From IMG/VR virus record IMGVR_UViG_3300036835_000552: a stretch of DNA of 42,869 bases; one strand, written 5' to 3'. The notes under the pieces were generated by a model. It did no database searches and was not told where the DNA came from. It worked only from the letters and a program-made list of their open reading frames with translations. Source of the DNA: a virus. Each line of letters begins with the position of its first letter. The stretch's first letter is position 1. The position numbers and the translations under genes were made by a program. Positions 17,128 through 26,115 of this stretch are shown piece by piece.

Positions 17128-17540
17128 CAGGCGGCCTGCGGGAACGGCCGCGGCGCGGTGCCGCTGCCGAGCAGCTCTTCGGCGGCGCGGCCCTCGAAGC
17201 GGAACTCGATCGACCCGTCGGTGGTGTCGAGCGGGTTCGCCTTCGTGCACCAGGCGTTGCGGAGCACGTAGACCTTGCCGTTCAGCAGCTCGACGGTCAC
17301 GGTCACGTTGCACATCGCCTGCAACTGTTCGATCGCCAGGTCTGGCGAGTCGGTGATCTTGCCCTCGACAAAGGCGACCGCGGGGCGCTCGATGTAGCCG
17401 TGCACGCCGTCCTGGCCGATGACGGCTTCGCGCTCGAAGTTCGCCATCGACACCTTGATCTCTGCCCGCGCGCGCAGCTGGCGGCCGTCCACGCGCAGGT
17501 AGACGACGCCAGCGACAACCGGGCAACTGGAATTTGCCAT
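17127..17540 (-). CDS. Tail tube protein
   Basis: GGAGGAG RBS. 137 aa, directly after the sheath gene. Confidence 0.8.
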   Translation of the reverse strand: MANSSCPVVAGVVYLRVDGRQLRARAEIKVSMANFEREAVIGQDGVHGYIERPAVAFVEGKITDSPDLAIEQLQAMCNVTVTVELLNGKVYVLRNAWCTKANPLDTTDGSIEFRFEGRAAEELLGSGTAPRPFPQAA

Positions 17541-17553
17541 CGGCCTTCTCCTC

Positions 17554-19065
17554 CTAGGCCGCCGCGGCGGTGGCCGACGACGGATACTGCAACCGGAACT
17601 GCACGAGCATCGCGAAGATGCGGAGCTGGTTGACGAGGTCCGGCGGGAACAGGACGTTCACGCGATTCGGGTCCGTCGCGTCGCGCTCGACGACGAGGTA
17701 GGTCTTGAACGCGGTCATGTTCTCCGCGAGCGCCGCTTCCTCGAGCTCGCTGTAGAGGGCCACCAGCTCCGCCCGGATCGTGGACGGCGTGACGACCGAC
17801 TGGCCGGCGCCGACGCGCGTGCCGTCGTCCGCGAGCTTCGCGCGCGGGAACTTCGACAGGATGCGATTCCGCGTCTCGCGGACGATCAGCTGGAGCGTGG
17901 CCGGCGTCTGCACATCGAGCCAGGACGGATCCGCCAGGCCCCACGCATCGCGCTGGTACGTGGTGATCGACCGCTGGATGCGGACCACGTCGTCGGGGCC
18001 GGCGTAGCAGGTGGCAATGCCCGCGAAGAGCAGCGACTGGTCGTCCTGAATCGCGAACCGCTGGCCGCGCGGCGCGATGATCGTGCCGATCAGCGGGAGG
18101 GTCTGGAGCGGGCGCGCGGGATCAGCGCGGAGCCCGACCGCGGCCTCGGCCGTCAGCGCCGCGCACATCCGCCAGGGCGGCGTGGGCGAGCCTTCGGGAT
18201 AGCCGAGAATCGTCATGTGCGGGTCGTTCCGCGTCTTCCCGAACGTGACGAGGTTCGACGCGGTGTCCGCGCGCGCGCTGAAGGCGTGGCCGTAGAGCTG
18301 GATATTCCACGCCCACCGGCCGCTGCCCTCGCCGAATGCCTCCTGGGAGGCGTCGAGGGTGGTCGGATCGGACCACGGAATGCCGACGAAGTCGTACTCC
18401 GCGTCCGCGAGCTGCGCGAGCGCGTCCGTGATGTCCGGGTCGCCGCTGCCGCCCGTGAACGGCGTCACTGTCACGGTGAGGCCGGCCGGCACGTACTCGC
18501 CGCCGACCAGGCCGCGGAGGTTGACGCCGACGAACGTCGCGTTGCCGATGGTCCCGGCCGACCGCGCCGTCAGCGTGACGGCGCCCGCCGCCGCCGCGGC
18601 CGAGCACTGCGCGAACGGATCGGCCGCGATGGCCGCGGCGAGCGCCGTCGCGAGGGAATCCGCCGTGCTGGTCGTCGCGACCGGCACCGGATAGCGGCGA
18701 TCGCCCACGTAGACGGCGACCGTGCCCGCCGCCGTCGCGGTGCCCGCGAACGTCAGCGTGCCGCTGGCCTTCGTCCCGGTCGGCTCCGGGACGGCGATGC
18801 ACCACAGCTCGCCGGCCGGATCGTTCCGCCGGTAGACGTCCACCATGTCGGCCAGCATGGAGCCGCTGCCGAAGAGCGCCGCGGCGACGTCGGAGGACGA
18901 CACCAGCGTGATCTCGTTCTCGTTCGCGGGGCCACCCGGCAGCTTGTGCCCGAGCAGGCACGCCGGCTGCGGCAGCTGGAGGTAACTCGCCTGCGTCGCG
19001 TCGAACTCCGCCCAGAAGAGCGGCACGCGCAGATTCGGCGGAATTCTGTTGAAGCTGACGGCCAT
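17554..19065 (-). CDS. Contractile tail sheath protein (Mu gpL-like)
   Basis: Starts at an internal ATG at 19065. N-terminus MAVSFNRIPPNLRVPLFWAEFD, plus further conserved sheath motifs. Confidence 0.9.
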   Translation of the reverse strand: MAVSFNRIPPNLRVPLFWAEFDATQASYLQLPQPACLLGHKLPGGPANENEITLVSSSDVAAALFGSGSMLADMVDVYRRNDPAGELWCIAVPEPTGTKASGTLTFAGTATAAGTVAVYVGDRRYPVPVATTSTADSLATALAAAIAADPFAQCSAAAAAGAVTLTARSAGTIGNATFVGVNLRGLVGGEYVPAGLTVTVTPFTGGSGDPDITDALAQLADAEYDFVGIPWSDPTTLDASQEAFGEGSGRWAWNIQLYGHAFSARADTASNLVTFGKTRNDPHMTILGYPEGSPTPPWRMCAALTAEAAVGLRADPARPLQTLPLIGTIIAPRGQRFAIQDDQSLLFAGIATCYAGPDDVVRIQRSITTYQRDAWGLADPSWLDVQTPATLQLIVRETRNRILSKFPRAKLADDGTRVGAGQSVVTPSTIRAELVALYSELEEAALAENMTAFKTYLVVERDATDPNRVNVLFPPDLVNQLRIFAMLVQFRLQYPSSATAAAA

Positions 19066-19760
19066 CAGTGCGTCCTCCCCTCGGTCTCGGTCTCGCAAAG
19101 CAGCTCGTCGACCGGGCCGCCGGTGACCTTCGTGCGCGGGACCATGAACTCGACCTCGATGCGCCCGTCGGGGCCGGGGTAGCGGATGTTCGGATCCGCG
19201 GCCGGGTCGATCACGTCGACGTCGAAATGCAGGCGACAGAGGAAGTCCGGGATTACCGGGTCGTAGTTCCGGCCGAAGGTCAGGACGGCGTTGATGGTGC
19301 CGCCCATGGTGCGCCGGTCGGTATCCTCGACGCGGCCGAGCACGCCAGTCGTCTCCCACCGCTCGACGCCCTGGAACATCGCGCAGGAGTGGCCGTTGAC
19401 GTGCAGCGTGTACCACGCCGGATTCGGCAGCAGCGCGTTCGTGATCTGCTCGCAGAGGTTGTCGAACGACTGCTGGCTGTCGACCATCAGGCGCGCGGCG
19501 GGCTCGAGGTCCTGCGCCACGGGCGTCTCCACGATGACGTCGATCGCCAGCTTCAGCGCGTAGCGGAACTGGAACGCGCCGACCACGCCGCCGTCGATGC
19601 CCTCGCCCGTTTCGTCGAGCGTGTAGACGCCGATCGCCGGCAGTGGCAGCTCGCGGCGGTAGGGAATGATCGGCGTCGGATAGACGCGGTCGCCCGCCGC
19701 GGTGCCCGCGGCCTTCAGCACGGCGACGGTGGCGAGACGGATGACGTGCCGGTCGAGCAT
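19065..19760 (-). CDS. Neck / tail-completion protein
   Basis: Starts at an internal ATG at 19760. The N-terminus (...GDRVYPTPIIPYRRELPLPAIGVYT) resembles head-tail adaptor/terminator families. Lies between gpFII and the sheath gene. Confidence 0.55.
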   Translation of the reverse strand: MLDRHVIRLATVAVLKAAGTAAGDRVYPTPIIPYRRELPLPAIGVYTLDETGEGIDGGVVGAFQFRYALKLAIDVIVETPVAQDLEPAARLMVDSQQSFDNLCEQITNALLPNPAWYTLHVNGHSCAMFQGVERWETTGVLGRVEDTDRRTMGGTINAVLTFGRNYDPVIPDFLCRLHFDVDVIDPAADPNIRYPGPDGRIEVEFMVPRTKVTGGPVDELLCETETEGRTH

Positions 19761-19764
19761 GGGC

Positions 19765-20205
19765 TCAGACCGGCTCGCCGCTGCTGTCCACAAAACGATA
19801 CTTTGTCGGGACCGGCGTGGGCGACGGAATCGGCGCGGGCTCGTCGACGGGCGGCAGCGGGGCCGTGCTGCCTGGACCGACACGGAAGCAGCGGCACTTC
19901 ACGTGCCCACCGCCGTCGGGCTCGACGTCGGAGACCTCCCAGCGCGCCCCGCGCGCCTCGAACTGCCAGCCCTGCGCGGGCATCTCCGCGTTGGGCAGCT
20001 CGAGGATCCGAAAGCCGACCCAGGGCGCTTGGTTCGACAGCTCGACGCCGATCGCCAGGTCGGCGTGCGCGGGCGGCGAGTCGAAGATGCCGCGCACCGC
20101 GGCGCCCGCCGGATCGCCACCGGGGACGAAGAGCAGGACCGGCTCCGCGAACGCCCACATCTGGCGTTCGAGAGCCAGGTCCTGCTTGTTCCAGAAGCCG
20201 AGCAC
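19765..20205 (-). CDS. Head-tail attachment protein, lambda gpFII-like
   Basis: Pattern AAVRGIFDSP...W.V.DVEPDGGGHVKC parallels lambda gpFII (AVIRGVFDDP...VDRVSPDDGGSCHL). GTG start. Confidence 0.65.
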   Translation of the reverse strand: MLGFWNKQDLALERQMWAFAEPVLLFVPGGDPAGAAVRGIFDSPPAHADLAIGVELSNQAPWVGFRILELPNAEMPAQGWQFEARGARWEVSDVEPDGGGHVKCRCFRVGPGSTAPLPPVDEPAPIPSPTPVPTKYRFVDSSGEPV

Positions 20206-20209
20206 GGGA

Positions 20210-20557
20210 TCAGGCGGTGGACGCGACGAGCTTGACCCAGGACCGCGTCGCGTCGTCCGGCGACACGCCTTCGGCCGCCGACGGCGAGCCGACGCAGTAG
20301 CCGATGACCTTGCCGCCCGTCGCCACGATCAGCTGCGTGGTCTCGTCGAAGCTGACGGCGGCGCCCTCGGTGAGGGTGACACCGCCGGTGCGCTTGAACG
20401 AGAACACGCCCTCGACCGAGATCTCGGCATCAGCGCCCGCCGCCACGTCCGTTCCGGCGACGCCGAACGCCTTGCCGACCACGACGCCGTCGCCCGATTT
20501 GAGCGCGCGCGGCGCCTTCAGCGTGACGGTGTTGCCCGGCTGTACGAAGTTCTGCAT
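20210..20557 (-). CDS. DUF2190-family head decoration-like protein
   Basis: MQNFVQPGNTVTLKAP...SGDGVVVGKAFGVAGTDVAAGADAEISVEGVF. AAGGAG RBS. Confidence 0.75.
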   Translation of the reverse strand: MQNFVQPGNTVTLKAPRALKSGDGVVVGKAFGVAGTDVAAGADAEISVEGVFSFKRTGGVTLTEGAAVSFDETTQLIVATGGKVIGYCVGSPSAAEGVSPDDATRSWVKLVASTA

Positions 20558-20563
20558 GGGGCG

Positions 20564-22735
20564 CTACTCCTTGTGCGCGCGCGCCGACGTGTGCGGCGTC
20601 GCGGCCTCCGTCTGCGCCATGGCCTCGAACCCCGTCGGCAGCGCGCCCGGGTTCTTCACCAGCCCGCGATAGTCGAGCGCCTTCGCGGCGAACTCCTCGC
20701 GCGCTTTGTACTCCTGGCCGTCGATGTCCCACCCTTCGCGCGTCTCCAGCGTGGGGCCGCCCGACGGCGCACCTTCCAGGTAGTCGTACTCGATAGTGTC
20801 CATCTGCGCGGGCGACGCGGCGAGATACCAGGACAGGTCGGTGATGCGTGGATCGACGACGAGCTGGAGCGACTTGTAGGCCGACGGCGTGACGTCGATG
20901 GCCGCCCCGACGATGGTGATCGGCGCCAGGAACTGGAGGGCGTAGAGCTCCTGCTGCGGGCCGACGATCAGGAACGCCGGCGTGATGCCGATGTACTGCC
21001 CGTCGGGCGACTTCTGGTTCATCATCGCGGCGCGCGCCGTGGCGACCGAGGCCACGTTGATCGGTGCCGCGGTCATCAGATTGCCGTGCTGCGTGGAGAA
21101 CAGCGCGAAGCCGTCCGCCATGTTCGGATTGCCGGTGAGGATGCCGTACACCACGTCGCTTTCCATCTGCGCCGCCGAGTTGCCGAAGAGCTGCGGAATG
21201 CGGCTGAAGAGGCCGACGTCGTCGTTGATCATCGCCTCGCGGGTGAACGCGAGGATGCGGCCGTACTTGTCGAGCTTCATCGACTCCACGGGCGCGGTGG
21301 TCATCGGACCGCGGGTGTACTCGCCGTGCTCGTCGACCTTGATCATCTTCGGGCCGACGCCCATCGAAATTTTGTAGGTCGGCCGGAAGTCCGGCAGCGT
21401 GCCCTGGCGGGTCCACTGCGGGAACGTGCGCGGCGCCACCGCATAGCCGGCGGTCAGCTGCGCGCGGCCGACCGTCGCGAGCAGCGCGGCGAAGTCCGAG
21501 GTCGAGAGGAAGCTGTGCGGCCCCTCGCGCACCATGCCGGGGCTCGTGAGCCCGAGCGCGAAGGCCGCCAGCTCCATCCGCCCCACGCCGCGCTGGCGGA
21601 AGCCGCGCGCCTCCAGGCACGCGCGCCCCATCTCCATCAGCGTGCGGCCGTGCCAATCGCGGGCCGCGTCGAGCAGCGCTGCGCGCCGATCCTCGGGCAC
21701 GTGCGCCTTCAAGTGCATCTCGTGCGTGGCCGGCGCGATCCGCTGGAGCAGCGCGTGGAACATGCCCTCGCGCATGCGGGTCAGGCCATCGGCGCCGATC
21801 TCGATCACGCTGCGGGAGACGGTCGGCTGTTGCCGCGCGCGCTCCGCGAGCACCGCCGTCCGCACGTCCGCGACGCTCGTGCCGTCGTCGATGAACGGGT
21901 CCGCGAACGTGTCGGGCAGGCCGCCCGCCCGCACCGCGTCGCGAATCTCGCGGATGCGTTTGCGTTCGTCGGCGCGGGCCGCGCCTTCGGTCTTGTCGTC
22001 CTCCGCGGGCTTCGGCGCCGGGGGCGGCAGGTCCTCTTCGCCCTCGTCGTCGGGCGGCTCGTGCTGCGGCTCGCCGGGCGGGCGTTCCTCGGCGCGCGTG
22101 CGGGCGCGCTTCCCTTTCGGCCGCTCGACCGTGGCGGTCGGATCGTCTGCGCCCATGAGAGACCTCCCTGTGATCTGGCACGGGTAGCGCGTGCCGTCGG
22201 CGTCGCGGACCTGCGCGCCGGCATCGGCGGGGACCGCGACGAACGACAGCTCCGTGGGCTCCCAGCGCGTCGCGCGGTAGACGGGCGGCTCGCCCTTCCG
22301 CCGTTCCTGCCGCTCCAGCTCGTGTGTGATGTAGCCGACCGAGACGTTGCGGATGATGCCGTCTTTCACGTCGTGCCAGAGGGGCTCGACGTCCGGGCGG
22401 CTGGAGAACCGCACGCGCGCCACGCCGGCCCGCTGCGCGCCGCTGCCCTCGAGGTGCGCGTCCTCGACGACGCCGATGACGCCGTCCAGTCCCCAGCGAT
22501 TGTGGCCGGCGAGCACCGGCGCGCCGTTCTGGAGTCGGCTCAGGTCAACCGCACCATCGTCGAGCGCCAGTTCCTCAAACCAGGGTTCGTCATCCCAGAA
22601 CCCCATGCGCTGCACGCGCGCGCCGGTCGTCCAGATCAGCTCGACGGTGCGGGTGTCGGGCCGAATGGACGCCGGCGCGATCGCGGCCCGAGTGAAGCCG
22701 ACCGGAATCGAAACCTGGCGCGCAGCGTCGCCCAT
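20564..22735 (-). CDS. Fusion protein: HK97-type prohead protease, charged scaffold-like linker, major capsid protein
   Basis: N-terminal protease pattern (PVLAGHNRWG...SVGY), an acidic/basic linker, then a capsid domain (ILAFTREAMINDDVGLF...). Confidence 0.85.
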   Translation of the reverse strand: MGDAARQVSIPVGFTRAAIAPASIRPDTRTVELIWTTGARVQRMGFWDDEPWFEELALDDGAVDLSRLQNGAPVLAGHNRWGLDGVIGVVEDAHLEGSGAQRAGVARVRFSSRPDVEPLWHDVKDGIIRNVSVGYITHELERQERRKGEPPVYRATRWEPTELSFVAVPADAGAQVRDADGTRYPCQITGRSLMGADDPTATVERPKGKRARTRAEERPPGEPQHEPPDDEGEEDLPPPAPKPAEDDKTEGAARADERKRIREIRDAVRAGGLPDTFADPFIDDGTSVADVRTAVLAERARQQPTVSRSVIEIGADGLTRMREGMFHALLQRIAPATHEMHLKAHVPEDRRAALLDAARDWHGRTLMEMGRACLEARGFRQRGVGRMELAAFALGLTSPGMVREGPHSFLSTSDFAALLATVGRAQLTAGYAVAPRTFPQWTRQGTLPDFRPTYKISMGVGPKMIKVDEHGEYTRGPMTTAPVESMKLDKYGRILAFTREAMINDDVGLFSRIPQLFGNSAAQMESDVVYGILTGNPNMADGFALFSTQHGNLMTAAPINVASVATARAAMMNQKSPDGQYIGITPAFLIVGPQQELYALQFLAPITIVGAAIDVTPSAYKSLQLVVDPRITDLSWYLAASPAQMDTIEYDYLEGAPSGGPTLETREGWDIDGQEYKAREEFAAKALDYRGLVKNPGALPTGFEAMAQTEAATPHTSARAHKE

Positions 22736-22820
22736 TCCGCGCGCCGCGTCTCATGACGACGACACGCAAGCAATGGACCTTGCATAGATTTCGTGACCCG
22801 ACGGTGCTAGACGGTGCTCG

Positions 22821-23012
22821 ATGGACCAGCCGCCGGTGTCTCGCGACCGGATGATCGGGCTGACGAAGGCGGCGCGCGACCTCGGCCTGGCGCACCGGAC
22901 GTTGCGGCGCGCGGTATCGAGCGGCGAGCTACCGACCTACGTCTTCGGGCAGCGCGCGCGCGTCAAGGTGACCGACCTGCGCGCCTGGATCGAGCGCCAC
23001 CGCCAGCGCTAG
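22821..23012 (+). CDS. Excisionase-family (MerR-like) HTH DNA-binding protein (63 aa)
   Basis: LTKAARDLGLAHRTLRRAVSSGELPTYVFGQRARVKVTDLRAWIE. On the opposite strand inside the head operon. Confidence 0.7.
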   Translation: MDQPPVSRDRMIGLTKAARDLGLAHRTLRRAVSSGELPTYVFGQRARVKVTDLRAWIERHRQR

Positions 23013-24568
23013 CCGGCGACGTCGTGCCCGTTCGTGAGCGGCCGACCGCGCGCGGGCGGCGGCGGTGGCGCGCCTGGGAGCGGCGGCTCGCCCGGCGCCG
23101 CGGCCGATTCGGCCGGCACGCCGGCGCCCTGCTTCGTCGTGCGGCGCGGGTCAATGTCGCTGACCAGCTTCAAATCGTCGAGCATCTGCGCGAACTGCTG
23201 CCACTCGCGCAGAATCGTCTCCGGGTCATAGCCCAGCTCGCGGATCGCCTCTTGCGGCGACGTGAGCGTGGCGCGGACCGCGTCGATTACCGGCGTGGTC
23301 TCGCGTGCCGGATCGACCAGCGGGCGGCGCGGCGTGGTCCAGATCATGGACACGTTGCTCGTATCGTAGCCGGCGATGCGCGCCCCATCGAGGAACCAGC
23401 CGAACACGCGGTCGCAGAAGCCGGGGATGATCACCTGCCACTGGAGTTCTTCGACGAGCGCGTAGTAGGCGCCGCGGCTCATGCGGCCCGACGAGAAGTT
23501 GAACTGCGAGAAGTCGCCCGACAGCTCTTCGTAGGGCACGCCGGTGCCCGCGGCGACGGCCTGGAGCCCGATCCGCATCACGTCCGCGTAGCCTTCGACG
23601 CCGGGCGGGCTCGCGAAGGTGACCTCGTAGCCGGGCGGCAGCTCTTCCACCATGCCCGGCTCGACGTGATCGCAGAGCGGGCTCTGGCGCGAGCGCGTGC
23701 CACCTTCGGGCGTCGAGTAGAAGGCCGCGAAGCACGCCGCGATCTTCTGCCGCACCTGATGCGCGTCCTTGCACTCGTCGAGGTCGCGGAGCGCGATCAT
23801 GGCCGGCGCGAGCAGCGGACAGCCGCGCCCCTGGCCGGCGCGCTCCTCGTCAAAGATGTGTGCCACGTCCTCCGCGGACACGCGCGTCGGCGGCTGCATG
23901 CCGCGCATCCAGGCCCAGGCGTCGCCCGGATGGTACGGCAGCAACCAGTACGCCACCGGGCGGTCGTACTGGTCGTACTCGATGCCGGCGCAAATCCGGT
24001 GCCCGCCCAGCTCGAACTCGCGCGGGTAGAGCATCGCGTCGAGGTAGTCGGCCTCGAGGACCTGCACGCGGAAGCCGAGCGGCACGTCGGGGTCCCACAC
24101 GCGGCGCGCGAGGACCTCGCCCGACTCGCAGAACGTCCGCGCGACGAGCCGCTGCAAGCCCGCAAACGACTGCTTGCCGCGCTGGTCCGCCGTCTGCGCG
24201 TCGGCCCAGGTCCCCCACAGCTGCTGGAGCGCCGACGCTGTCCGCTTGTTCTTGCCCGTGATCGTGCCCGTCAGGCCGTAGCCGACGAGGCTCGACGCGA
24301 GCGCCCGCACCACGCGGCGCCCGTAGGGGTTGTTCCGCACGTGGTCGCGGCTGCGGTCGCGGAGCAGCGGCAGCGCCGTCGCCAGCTCCGTGTTGGCCGA
24401 CGTGCCCGGCGCGACGCGCCAGCCCTCCATCCGCCGCGACTTGGCCGCGCCTTCGTAGTCGCGGACGGCGCCGAGCGCCACGCGGGCGCGCGACCGGCGC
24501 AGCGCGCGCATGGGCGACGCCCACGCGATCAGGCGGTCGAGCCGCGTCAGCGGAGGCGCGTCGGCCAT
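23009..24568 (-). CDS. Portal protein, lambda gpB family
   Basis: 519 aa, conserved N-terminus (RLDRLIAWASP...DYEGA...RR..GW). Synteny with gpW. Confidence 0.9.
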   Translation of the reverse strand: MADAPPLTRLDRLIAWASPMRALRRSRARVALGAVRDYEGAAKSRRMEGWRVAPGTSANTELATALPLLRDRSRDHVRNNPYGRRVVRALASSLVGYGLTGTITGKNKRTASALQQLWGTWADAQTADQRGKQSFAGLQRLVARTFCESGEVLARRVWDPDVPLGFRVQVLEADYLDAMLYPREFELGGHRICAGIEYDQYDRPVAYWLLPYHPGDAWAWMRGMQPPTRVSAEDVAHIFDEERAGQGRGCPLLAPAMIALRDLDECKDAHQVRQKIAACFAAFYSTPEGGTRSRQSPLCDHVEPGMVEELPPGYEVTFASPPGVEGYADVMRIGLQAVAAGTGVPYEELSGDFSQFNFSSGRMSRGAYYALVEELQWQVIIPGFCDRVFGWFLDGARIAGYDTSNVSMIWTTPRRPLVDPARETTPVIDAVRATLTSPQEAIRELGYDPETILREWQQFAQMLDDLKLVSDIDPRRTTKQGAGVPAESAAAPGEPPLPGAPPPPPARGRPLTNGHDVAG

Positions 24569-24747
24569 CAGCTCGCCTTCGTGCGCTGCACGTAGTCCAG
24601 CAGGGCGGCGAGCACGGATGGTTCAAGGACGATCACGTTGGTGGCCCGGATGCCGTCCTCCGTGGTCAACACGAGATCGCCGTACTGGCTCCAATCGGCA
24701 TACACCGCGTCACCGAGATATATCTTGCTGGGCGGTGCGGCGGCCAC
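24568..24747 (-). CDS. Small ORF (59 aa, GTG start) between gpW and the portal gene
   Basis: The GTG overlaps the gpW TAG and its stop overlaps the portal ATG. The coding-like part is ...KIYLGDAVYADWSQYGDLVLTTEDGIRATNVIVLEPSVL... Confidence 0.4.
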   Translation of the reverse strand: MAAAPPSKIYLGDAVYADWSQYGDLVLTTEDGIRATNVIVLEPSVLAALLDYVQRTKAS

Positions 24748-25103
24748 TAGCGCGCGCGCTCCCAATCGACGTCGGTGGTGCGCGTCGGATCGCACGGCGC
24801 GCCGCGCGAGAAGAGCACGTCCACGCCGGGAATCTCCTGGTGCTCGAGGGCGCCCCATCCGCCGTAGCCGGTGTTCAGCCCTTTCGAGAAGCACGCGCCG
24901 CGCCGGATCGGTGTGCCGCCTGGGAGGCCCAGGTTCGCCCGGCTCCAGTCCCACGCCTTCAGCAGGTCGCTGATCGAATGGAACTTGACGGAGCGGTCGG
25001 CGTAGTCGACCTGCTGCACGCCCGCGGCGATCGCTTGCGCCAGGCCCTGAATCAGCAGCTCGACGACCTCGGGCGGCAGCAGCGTTCCATTCCCGTTCGC
25101 CAT
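24747..25103 (-). CDS. gpW-like head-tail joining protein with a C-terminal extension
   Basis: AGGGGG RBS. VQQVDYADRSVKFHSISDLLKAWDW...RRGACF parallels lambda gpW. Position before the portal gene. Confidence 0.65.
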   Translation of the reverse strand: MANGNGTLLPPEVVELLIQGLAQAIAAGVQQVDYADRSVKFHSISDLLKAWDWSRANLGLPGGTPIRRGACFSKGLNTGYGGWGALEHQEIPGVDVLFSRGAPCDPTRTTDVDWERAR

Positions 25104-25139
25104 GAGCGGCCCCCTAGCATGCCGCGCGCGGCTTGTCTC

Positions 25140-25505
25140 CTAGCGCCGCCGATCCCGCGACGACGACCGCCGCCACGTGACCGGCGGCCCCTTGGTCGGC
25201 GTCGGGACTATCTGCGCCGTCGGCGGCGGCGCCACCGTGCGATGGAACAGCCACTGGCCCTCTGGGCACCGCCAGTGCTCCTCCCACTGGCCGAGCTCGA
25301 CGACACTCGGCTGGAGAGAAGCGAACTGCATCAGGCGCGCGCAGTGACGGCAGAGCGGCGGTGTGACGTCGTCGCTCCTGGCGGCCGCCTCAGCCTCGCG
25401 GCAGCGATCCAGGAGCTCCCGCGCCAGCCGTGCCTCGGCCTCGGCGATCCGCGCCGGCGTCATGTGCGGGTTCTTGCCCCGGATGTCGCGCCATCGCGTC
25501 GTCAT
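25140..25505 (-). CDS. Hypothetical protein (121 aa) with a CxHC...C motif
   Basis: ATGA coupling with the upstream gene. Part of the accessory island. Confidence 0.5.
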   Translation of the reverse strand: MTTRWRDIRGKNPHMTPARIAEAEARLARELLDRCREAEAAARSDDVTPPLCRHCARLMQFASLQPSVVELGQWEEHWRCPEGQWLFHRTVAPPPTAQIVPTPTKGPPVTWRRSSSRDRRR

Positions 25506-25861
25506 GATTGTCCGGATGCCGCGCGCGGTCGCCCGCCTCGCCGACCGTTGCGGCGGGCCGCCGCCGCCTTCGCCGCGCTCCGTACAATGCCGCCCAGACG
25601 GCCTGTCGCCTGGCGGACAGGGCGCGCGAGCAGGTCGCTGACCTGGCCGAGGAGCGCGCGGACCTCGGCCACCTCCGCGCAGTCCTCGGCGGCGATCGGG
25701 AGGATCGACGCATGCGGGAGCGCCTTCCCCTCGGCGGCGGCGTGCAACTGGTCGAGCACCCGCTCGGGCGCCCCGACCGCGCCGGCGAGTTGATAGGCCT
25801 CCGCACAGACGCCCTCGAGCTCCGCGACGCGCTTCCGCACGTCCACGGTGTCGGTTCCCAT
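25502..25861 (-). CDS. Hypothetical protein (119 aa) ending in a basic NGRRGGRPR tail, possible antitoxin/regulator
   Basis: Starts at an internal ATG at 25861, 11 nt after the hicA stop. GGGGA RBS. Confidence 0.5.
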   Translation of the reverse strand: MGTDTVDVRKRVAELEGVCAEAYQLAGAVGAPERVLDQLHAAAEGKALPHASILPIAAEDCAEVAEVRALLGQVSDLLARPVRQATGRLGGIVRSAAKAAAARRNGRRGGRPRAASGQS

Positions 25862-25871
25862 ATGTCCCCGC

Positions 25872-26060
25872 TCAGACCTTCCAGCCGGCCTGCCGGGCGA
25901 TGCTGTTGAGCGTGCCACGTTTGAGCTCCTCACTCGGATGTCCGGCCACCGTCACGACGCCCGGGCGGTCCGGATGCTTGAACTGTCGATGACTCCCGAT
26001 CTGGCGCGCGACGTACCAGCCCTCGGTGTGCAGGCGGCGCAGCACGTCGCGAACCTTCAT
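25872..26060 (-). CDS. hicA: HicA mRNA-interferase toxin (62 aa)
   Basis: MKVRDVLRRLHTEGWYVARQIGSHRQFKHPDRPGVVTVAGHP...TLNSIARQAGW is the canonical HicA pattern. Confidence 0.85.
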   Translation of the reverse strand: MKVRDVLRRLHTEGWYVARQIGSHRQFKHPDRPGVVTVAGHPSEELKRGTLNSIARQAGWKV

Positions 26061-26115
26061 CCTGCAGAGGAGACGTATGAACCCAAGGTGTTGGGTTGTC
26101 AAATGGGCGGGTGCT

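Noticed and set aside
19817-22756. 979-aa plus-strand ORF, the longest in the track
   Set aside because: The translation is Arg/Ala/Gly/Pro low-complexity and is antisense to the clearly recognisable protease-capsid, decoration and gpFII genes. It is a typical stop-free antisense frame of GC-rich DNA.
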